A stretch of 63,204 nt of DNA, filler included, from Octopus bimaculoides (Eukaryota): NCBI RefSeq assembly GCF_001194135.2. It is 6 parts of 6 records of this genome, joined end to end, with 100 filler letters (N's around TTAATTAATTAA, not from the genome) between each part and the next. Parts side by side here need not be neighbours in the genome. Positions count along the whole stretch, not along the records: positions 44,506 to 57,105 come from NC_069009.1; positions 57,206 to 60,722 come from NW_026359866.1; positions 60,823 to 63,204 come from NW_026349947.1; 3 more parts are not named here. One strand, given 5' to 3'. The notes under the pieces are model-generated. The model ran no database searches. It was not told the origin of the DNA and worked only from the letters and a program-made list of their open reading frames with translations. Below are positions 54,331 through 63,204 of this stretch, in pieces. Positions within the stretch are counted from its first letter, which is position 1; every line of letters starts with the position of its first letter. Position numbers and translations under genes: made by a program.

Positions 54331-54814
54331 GATCTGTATGTGTGTATGTATGTATACACAACACACACACACACCTGCTCAATAGCATATCATTTAAGTG
54401 ATATCATACAGGAGTTGCAGTTCAATACTAGATAATATGAAACTAAATAACCAGACATGATTTACAAATATGAACATATATGATTTAACTCTACAATCAT
54501 TTATATTGAGCACCTCTTACTATGACATGGGTAATTTTCTGGACCATTATATGTGTGTGTTACCACTACCAACACTACCTTTTCCTTAGGACCCTTTATC
54601 AGATTTCTCTCTATAGTAAAGATTCAGGTCAGGGGTTAAATTTCAGTTGTGGTGGGGTGTAGGGAGTAATCTGTTCCTCCCATAAGTGTTGGGGGCGGGG
54701 GGCACTGAAAAGTATTATTCCTTATACTTAGAATAGGCTTTTAAACATCTGAATATGTGTGTGTGTGTATATGCACACACGTATCTCACACATATCTGTA
54801 CATTTCTGGATACA

Positions 54815-54851
<37 letters not shown>

Positions 54852-55311
54852 CAAAGAATATATATACATGTATACACACATATATGTACATACTTACATC
54901 TACATGTGTATATATATGCATATCAGGGTACAGGACGTTAGAACAATGAACTACAGACAATGGAACGAACACAGAGGAAAACGGAAAGCCACTTGGAATA
55001 TTCCTTCATCAGCTGTCTCTATTCTAACCTGACGTTTCGAAGATAAGACAATATATATATGCATGAATAGTCGTATGTGAGAAAGAATCCCTCCCAAGGC
55101 ATATAAACTCAAAGGGCCTGTTTCCTGGATTTTGTGGGACATACATTGCCCCACTGGATGGGACACTAGTCCATTGCAGGATTATTCATTTTCACCAGTT
55201 GTGTGGAGTGGAGCATTATGAAATGAGGTGTTTAGCTCATGAACACATTGCCCTGTCGAGGAATGAAAACCACAATCGTGTGATTATGAATTCAACACCC
55301 TCATCACTAAA

Positions 55312-55364
<53 letters not shown>

Positions 55365-55877
55365 CCATATGTCTTTAGAAATATATTAACTATATACACT
55401 GTCATGTACATATGTGTACATATGCACAAACACTAAAAATTACATGTGCCAACATCTGAAAGTATATATAGTAGATATACATATATATATAGTGTATATA
55501 CATATATATATATGTATGTATGTATGTATANNNNNNNNNNNNNNNNNNNNNNNNNNNNNNNNNNNNNNNNNNNNNNNNNNNNNNNNNNNNNNNNNNNNNN
55601 NNNNNNNNNNNNNNNNNNNNNNNNNNNNNNNNNNNNNNNNNNNNNNNTATATATATATATATGTATGTATGTATGTATGTATATATATATATGTATGTGT
55701 GTGTATGTATATATACAGGGAGAGAGAGAGAGAGAGAGTGTATATATATATATATATTCATATAGAGGGGTGTTCATTAAAGATTTCCATTTTCAGACTT
55801 CAATGAAGATGCTTGAAGTGAACTAGTGGAATGCAATCCCCACAAAAGTACTCAAGATTTAGCATTATATATGTATA

Positions 55878-57070
55878 TACATGAGAGGTGTCCTTTAAAA
55901 ATTTCCCCTGCCCCACTTCCCAAGGACTGGGATAAACAAAACTTGACATAATTATTAATCCTTTTCTACATAGCCATCACCAATGGTGACACACTTCTCC
56001 CATCACTTTATGCTGCTGTGAAGACCTTGTCTGAAGAAGTCAGTAGTTTGCGTCTGGACCAAAGCTTTACATCGGAAATAAGTTGATCATCATCCGAAAA
56101 ATGCTTCCCCTTCAAAAAGGACTTTATGGTTCGAAAGAGATGGAAGGCAGATGGTGTGAGGTTGGGAGAGCAAGGAGGATGAGGAAGGGTTTCTCAGCCG
56201 CAAGAGTGTGCTTTCGTCTCGGTAACCTGCACATTGTGAACTAGAGCATCGTATTGGTGCAGGCGGACTCCTTTGGTCAGCATGCCATGTCTCTCTGCTT
56301 TGATGGTGCCCTGCAATTTCTGCAGCATAGAAGCATAATATGCTCCATTAATTGCGGTGCCCTTTGCCAGAAAATCCATCATCACTACTCCACGCTGGTC
56401 CCTAAAGACTGTGAGCATCACCTTGCCTGCTGAGGGCTGGACACGAGCCTTCTTTGGAGGCGGTGAGTTATCATGTTTCCATTGCTTCAACTGGACTTTA
56501 GTCTCAGGGTTATAGTGATGGCCCCATGTTGCATCCCATGTGATAAGTCTACCGAAGAACTCTTCCTCATTTTCTTGGCACACTGCCAAAAGAGCCTGAG
56601 GGCAATTGACTCATTCTTGCTTCTGAAAAAGTGTGAGCATCCAAGGAATCCATCGTGCAGATAACTTCTGCATGTCGTGAATATTTCCCACAGACCCTAC
56701 ACTTATCTTCACTTCTTGGACGAGTTGCCAAATAGTTTTGCACCGATCTTCCAAAATGGCGGCTTCCACTTTATGGATGGGTTCCTCATCAATGGCAGAA
56801 TCTGGTTGACTACATCATATAATGGTGTATTGTCACCATAAACTAGTTCCATCTCATTGAAAGTTCCTTTTGATGTACAACCTTCCAAGTATAAGAACCT
56901 GACCACTGATCTGCATTCACCTGCCTCCGTTCAGTCCACTTCAGCAGTCATTATAGACAAAGGAATACAGGTGAAAGCTACAATTTACAATGTGACATGT
57001 AGACACATGTATGATTATACTTGTATAAGTCCAGAAGTGGGCCAGGAATAAATCTTTAAGGAACACATAT
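55878..57070 (-). mobile_element. Decayed mariner DNA transposon of a different subfamily
   Basis: MVRFLYLEG...FNEMELVYGDN...FFGRLITWDATWGHHYNPETKVQLKQWKH..SPPPKKARVQPSAGKVMLTVFRD..G...LPHPPCSPNLTPSAFHLF. About 30-bp imperfect TIRs gtgtcctttaaaaatttcccctgccccact / agtgggccaggaataaatctttaaggaacac. Confidence 0.92.
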
Positions 57071-57570
57071 ATGTGTGTGAGTGTGTGAGTGTGTATATAT
57101 ATATANNNNNNNNNNNNNNNNNNNNNNNNNNNNNNNNNNNNNNNNNNNNTTAATTAATTAANNNNNNNNNNNNNNNNNNNNNNNNNNNNNNNNNNNNNNN
57201 NNNNNATATATATACACCTGTCGTTTGGGTAACGTGTATATACACATTAATATACACATGCAAGTGCAAACACAGGTCAACATAGATGTTGCTATGCATC
57301 TAAATGCACACAGCACACAAGCACCTAACCTACACGTTCCAAATTTTGTGCGCGCGCGTATATATATACATATGGACATACAGTGTGTGTGTGCATGTGT
57401 GTGTATACACACGTACATATGCTTATATAGAACTGTATCTACTGTAATGTCGACCTATTCCAAACTACATCGTCTGTCTGCCTATCTGTCTGTCTGCCTC
57501 TCCCTATTTCTCCTACCCCATATACATACATACATACATACATACATACAAACATACATATATATATATG

Positions 57571-57601
<31 letters not shown>

Positions 57602-58179
57602 ATATATATGTATACATATATATATNNNNNNNNNNNNNNNNNNNNNNNNNNNNNNNNNNNNNNNNNNNNNNNNNNNNNNNNNNNNNNNNNNNNNNNNNNN
57701 NNNNNNNNNNNNNNNNNNNNNNNNNNNNNNNNNNNNNNNNNNNNNNNNNNNNNNNNNNNNNNNNNNNNNNNNNNNNNNNNNNNNNNNNNNNNNNNNNNNN
57801 NNNNNNNNNNNNNNNNNNNNNNNNNNNNNNNNNNNNNNNNNNNNNNNNNNNNNNNNNNNNNNNNNNNNNNNNNNNNNNNNNNNNNNNNNNNNNNNNNNNN
57901 NNNNNNNNNNNNNNNNNNNNNNNNNNNNNNNNNNNNNNNNNNNNNNNNNNNNNNNNNNNNNNNNNNNNNNNNNNNNNNNNNNNNNNNNNNNNNNNNNNNN
58001 NNNNNNNNNNNNNNNNNNNNNNNNNNNNNNNNNNNNNNNNNNNNNNNNNNNNNNNNNNNNNNNNNNNNNNNNNNNNNNNNNNNNNNNNNNNNNNNNNNNN
58101 NNNNNNNNNNNNNNNNNNNNNNNNNNNNNNNNNNNNNNNNNNNNNNNNNNNNNNNNNNNNNNNNTTTTTTTTTTGCCAA

Positions 58180-58540
58180 TTTTGACTCTCTATTTGTCTG
58201 CGGCCATGCTGGAACACTGCCTTTAGTCGAACTAAACGTCCTCAAGAATTATTCTTTGTAAGCCTACTACTTATACTGTCCGTCTCTTTTGCCGAACCAC
58301 AAAGTTACGGGGATGTAGACACACCATCATCGGTTGTCAAGCGATGGTAGAGCGACAAACACAGACACACAAATACACACATATATATACAACGGGCTTC
58401 TTTCAGTTTCCGTTTACCAAATCTACTCACAAGGCTTTGGTCGGCCAGAGGCTATAGTAGAAGACATTTTACTCAAGATGCCACGCAGTGGGACTGAACT
58501 CAGTGCCATGTTGGTTGGAAAGCAAGCTTCTTACCACACA

Positions 58541-58545
<5 letters not shown>
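58180..58545 (-). mobile_element. SINE family A, antisense, near full length
   Basis: gcggccatgctggaacactgcctttagtcga...ggttgtcaagcgatgg...ctcacaaggctttggtcggcc...gtgggactgaac...aagcaagcttcttaccacacagccat. Confidence 0.85.
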
Positions 58546-58578
<33 letters not shown>

Positions 58579-58794
58579 ATATATGTATACAGATCGAAAT
58601 TTGGTATGCTGTCGCCCTTCTCAGAAAATACAAAACCCATTTAGCTATCCATTGCTCCCTGAGTGAGATCTTAATTCAATAGAATAATGTTTTGGAAACA
58701 TACGTACAACTAAATAGGAAAATGTTAGGTTTGTGGCAGCTACGTACAGGAAAATTTTCTATTTATATTGTGTGTGCAAGCGGCTAAGTGTTAC

Positions 58795-59180
58795 GTGCAT
58801 CTTTAAATTACCTTGATACCGTTTTTAAAAGACTGTGACTAGTCAAGAGTATATTGATAATTTAACTCAGGTTTACTAAGATATTAAATTTCTAAGGCGA
58901 GCAGAAAAGACATTTTAAAAATCATTTATATAAAGCGATACTGTTTGAACAGCTGAACAAGTTTTCTCTATGTTTATTCTTTAGACTCCTAACATATTGA
59001 AACAATATAATTGTGTTACATCTTCCTGGGTTGCAAAAGGAGTAGGTATGAAGGGTATGTTTATTTTTAAATGTGTTTCCTGTTAGTCTGATGTAATATT
59101 TTACATCACTGCCATCTGCAAAACGCACTTTAGTTTGAAATATCAATACTTTTGCAAAGTACTTAACATTAAGATGACAA
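58795..59180 (-). mobile_element. Penelope-like element GIY-YIG fragment (heavily decayed)
   Basis: Minus strand VKYYIRLTGNTFKNKHTLHTYSFCNP...TIILFQYVRSLKNK resembles YYIGLTxNTFKxRxxxHxxSF...LSxYVWSLK. Confidence 0.6.
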
Positions 59181-59872
59181 AGTGTAAATCCATTACGATT
59201 AAACGACAGTAACTGATTTTGTATATTTATACTTGTGACATTTCTATGATTCAATCTGGATATAGAAGTAGCAATGTTTTCGGCAAAAGTATAGCTGACC
59301 TTTACAATATTTTTAAAGACTTCATGGTATTTATGATTTCTTGAGAAGTGTTTTATATTAATTTAAGAAAAGTTCTTCAAGTGTTTACATCGAATTACAT
59401 TCAAACTAAAAAGTAAATTGAATTATATCTTTATTTTCCCATTTTGTAAAATTTTCTTATTATGGTTGTTGTTTCGTTCCAGTTCAGCCCTGACTGAGCA
59501 GGACTATGACTAAAGGCATTCCACCGACGACCACCCCTGTCTTTTTTAAGTCATAGTGCATTCAGGGCATGTCTCTAAATAGGGTATGATTTGAAGGAGA
59601 TTTGGTGGCTATTTCNNNNNNNNNNNNNNNNNNNNNNNNNNNNNNNNNNNNNNNNNNNNNNNNNNNNNNNNNNNNNNNNNNNNNNNNNNNNNNNNNNNNN
59701 NNNNNNNNNNNNNNNNNNNNNNNNNNNNNNNNNNNNNNNGTGTATGTGTGTGTATACATATATCGTATTCCCGAGCGTCATACTAATATATACTTTTGTT
59801 ATTTACACCACCTGTCCTCGTCTGTTGTTATTTTTTGTATATTCTCCCATATATATATATATATATACGCAT

Positions 59873-59917
<45 letters not shown>

Positions 59918-60822
59918 CAAATAGACAGACAAGCAGACAAACATAGATCGACAGAGGGATAGGTAAGTAGGTAGGTAACTTGGTAGGTAGGTAGGTAGAT
60001 AGGTAGGTAGGTAGGTGAATAGATATTTAGACAGACAGACAGCCAGCCAGATAGACAGACAGACAAACTGACTGACAGACAGATAGACAGATCGACAAAT
60101 AGACAGAGCTATAAAGCGATGAGGAGGCAGAGACGAGCAGAACGAGTCTTAGGAAACGAAATACGATGGGTTAATGGTGTATTTGGTAAAACTATTTATT
60201 CTAATATGTCGATCTATGCCGGCGTTGGATGACATCTGTTGTTGAGTGCTAATGGAATGTGGATAAATGGTGGTGGTGGTGGTCGTAGTGTTGTTGTTGG
60301 TGGTTGTGGTTGTGTTAGTGATGATGTAGGTGGAGGTGGAGGTGGAGCTGATGATAGTAGTGGTAGTGATTGTGGTGGTGGTGGTGGTAGTGGCGGTGGT
60401 AATGATGTTGCTGGAGATGCCCCTCATGCTGCTGCCGTTGATGATGACGATGGTGCTGATGGTCAAAGTGTTGTTGTTGGTGGTGATAGTGGTAGGGATG
60501 GTAGGAGTGGTGCTATTGCTGCTGCTGATGGTGGTGGTAGTGGTGGTAGTGGAGGTGTTAGCATTGCTGCAGGTTATGGTAGTGGTAGTGGTAATGGTGG
60601 AGGTGCTCTAACAACCATGTGGATTAGTTTGTCATATTTGACTCGAGTCAAAAATTAAGATACCGTGCGTTGCTTCATAGCATAACACGAAATATATATG
60701 TATGTAAATATATATATATATANNNNNNNNNNNNNNNNNNNNNNNNNNNNNNNNNNNNNNNNNNNNTTAATTAATTAANNNNNNNNNNNNNNNNNNNNNN
60801 NNNNNNNNNNNNNNNNNNNNNN

Positions 60823-61440
60823 ACTTGTCCGGTGAACGGCCTCTGCAATACGGAGACAGTTGTATACAATGCAGAGGTAACAGCCATAGGGCCCAATGAA
60901 CAACAGAGCGTGCGGAAGTATGTGGGGGAAACGGAAGACCCCTTCAGAACCTGTTTTAACAACCACAAGTCCTCCTTTAACATCCCAGAGAGACGTAACG
61001 CCACAACCCTAACCATGCACGTTTGGTCTTTGAAAGAGGGCGCCACAGAGCACAGCATAAAGTGGAAAATCCTGGAGAAATGCAAACCGTACTTCAATAG
61101 GAGCAGGAAGTCCAGGTTGTGCCTGACTGAGAAGAGAGCAATCCTAAAGGGTACCCAACAGCCGGATATTTTCCTGAATACCAGGAGTGAGGTGTTTAAT
61201 CCTTGCCCACATGAAAGGCAGTACATCCTATCGTACCTACGTGCCCCACCTTGTCTGCAGCCACAGATCCCCGGCCTCGACTTCCCATCAACGCCCTCAG
61301 TCCCGGCACAGAATTTGATCAAACACACACCAATACACCCATGTACATACGCGCACACCCCACAAAATAGACTGTCTCCCACCCACCTCAGCTTATACTC
61401 CTTCACACACACACACATTATACGCTGCACGATAACATAA
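60823..61440 (+). mobile_element. Penelope-like element 3' end: GIY-YIG endonuclease domain, open frame, 5' end lost in gap
   Basis: TCPVNGLCNTETVVYNAEV...KYVGETEDPFRTCFNNHKSSFN...TTLTMHVWSLKE...IKWKILEK...LCLTEKRAI...LNTRSEVFNPCPH: the CPxNGxC, VY/YVG, NHxxSF, WxLK, LCLTEK and LNxRxE motifs of PLE endonucleases. Homology ends near 61240. Confidence 0.88.
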
Positions 61441-61776
61441 AACCTCCCATGATCTTAACCATTACAGAAAGAAAATAGGCCAACGAACACAGCTATATAT
61501 ACTTACACCCTCGGAAAAAATTGTGCATATGACACCACTACACATATCATACACGCCATCTCCTCAAGAGCGCTACACTTAATAACGCACACTTTCCCCA
61601 CAAACATTTCAAGATAACTCTTACTGGCCTCACAGCATACCCAACCAATGAACATAACTCCTAACCTAATCTCCTGACCATTTTCCGCTTCACTGCCTTT
61701 TTCACAACAGCCGCACATCAGTTGCGTTAACCCACCTCCAGCAACAGAGAGCAGTCGCCATGTTCCTTACCATATC

Positions 61777-61868
61777 GGCTAACTCTGATGAACATAAGGT
61801 TATATAATCGAATTGTTACATAGCACTTTATTGTATTCCTTGCGCGAAACCGATTGGTAAGATCAGCC
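61777..61868 (+). ncRNA. Type I hammerhead ribozyme fold (slightly decayed) in the PLE 3' region
   Basis: Stem I GGCU-AA-CU / AG-AUC-AGCC; core CUGAUGA 61785-61791; stem II ACAUAAGG / CCUUGCGC (6 pairs, 2 A-C mismatches); GAAA 61846-61849; stem III CC-GAUU-GG; triplet GUA 61857-61859. Confidence 0.8.
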
Positions 61869-61985
61869 TTGATGTATATATAATACTATATATTTCGGAT
61901 AATATACCCACTCTACTGACAGATATACGAGTGCATCTTTTCCCTAACTTATGGTCTTTTAGACGACTCACGTATACATACATAC

Positions 61986-62026
<41 letters not shown>

Positions 62027-63020
62027 NNNNNNNNNNNNNNNNNNNNNNNNNNNNNNNNNNNNNNNNNNNNNNNNNNNNNNNNNNNNNNNNNNNNNNNNNN
62101 NNNNNNNNNNNNNNNNNNNNNNNNNNNNNNNNNNNNNNNNNNNNNNNNNNNNNNNNNNNNNNNNNNNNNNNNNNNNNNNNNNNNNNNNNNNNNNNNNNNN
62201 NNNNNNNNNNNNNNNNNNNNNNNNNNNNNNNNNNNNNNNNNNNNNNNNNNNNNNNNNNNNNNNNNNNNNNNNNNNNNNNNNNNNNNNNNNNNNNNNNNNN
62301 NNNNNNNNNNNNNNNNNNNNNNNNNNNNNNNNNNNNNNNNNNNNNNNNNNNNNNNNNNNNNNNNNNNNNNNNNNNNNNNNNNNNNNNNNNNNNNNNNNNN
62401 NNNNNNNNNNNNNNNNNNNNNNNNNNNNNNNNNNNNNNNNNNNNNNNNNNNNNNNNNNNNNNNNNNNNNNNNNNNNNNNNNNNNNNNNNNNNNNNNNNNN
62501 NNNNNNNNNNNNNNNNNNNNNNNNNNNNNNNNNNNNNNNNNNNNNNNNNNNNNNNNNNNNNNNNNNNNNNNNNNNNNNNNNNNNNNNNNNNNNNNNNNNN
62601 NNNNNNNNNNNNNNNNNNNNNNNNNNNNNNNNNNNNNNNNNNNNNNNNNNNNNNNNNNNNNNNNNNNNNNNNNNNNNNNNNNNNNNNNNNNNNNNNNNNN
62701 NNNNNNNNNNNNNNNNNNNNNNNNNNNNNNNNNNNNNNNNNNNNNNNNNNNNNNNNNNNNNNNNNNNNNNNNNNNNNNNNNNNNNNNNNNNNNNNNNNNN
62801 NNNNNNNNNNNNNNNNNNNNNNNNNNNNNNNNNNNNNNNNNNNNNNNNNNNNNNNNNNNNNNNNNNNNNNNNNNNNNNNNNNNNNNNNNNNNNNNNNNNN
62901 NNNNNNNNNNNNNNNNNNNNNNNNNNNATCTCTCTCACTCTCTTTATTTATCTATCTATCTCTCTCTCTCTCTCTCTCTATCCATCTCTCTCTCTCTCTA
63001 TCCATCTATCTATCTATCTA

Positions 63021-63099
<79 letters not shown>

Positions 63100-63204
63100 C
63101 TGCTTGCCTATGTGTCTATCTGCCTGTCAATCTAGGCGTACCTACACAATTGAGCTAATACCTAGAGTAACACCCGGCCACCAAAACAGGGTAAAAAAAA
63201 AAAA

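Noticed and set aside
58580-58630. Degenerate hammerhead 3' of the 58.8-kb PLE fragment
   Set aside because: Both cores are altered (CTGAGAA, CCAAA); too little left to support.
59089-59108. Perfect 8-bp hairpin tgatgtaa-tatt-ttacatca
   Set aside because: AT-rich, lies inside the decayed PLE coding fragment, and plausible by chance.

Overview
Eukaryotic, AT-rich, microsatellite-saturated draft-assembly DNA with many N gaps. The repeat families and composition suggest a coleoid cephalopod, probably Octopus (inference). Almost all ORFs in the track are simple-repeat or N-gap artefacts. The only host coding sequence I can support is one 168-nt, phase 1-1 exon (46484-46651, +) encoding a thrombospondin type-1 repeat that closely resembles the second TSR of UNC5 netrin receptors, so the window is probably mostly very large introns of a UNC5-like gene. 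The rest is a transposon graveyard: several tRNA-derived SINE families (my labels A-D and F), two decayed mariner elements, hAT-type MITEs, a LINE APE-endonuclease fragment and 5-6 GIY-YIG fragments of Penelope-like elements (PLEs). The most interesting signal is RNA structure. At least five type I hammerhead-ribozyme folds (CUGAUGA...GAAA...NUH) from four unrelated sequence families are present. Two lie about 0.45-0.55 kb downstream of PLE endonuclease fragments on the same strand. One has a 12-bp upstream anti-ribozyme strand, and two sense-strand copies bracket the UNC5-like exon. All structures were folded by eye; no database searches or folding programs were run.
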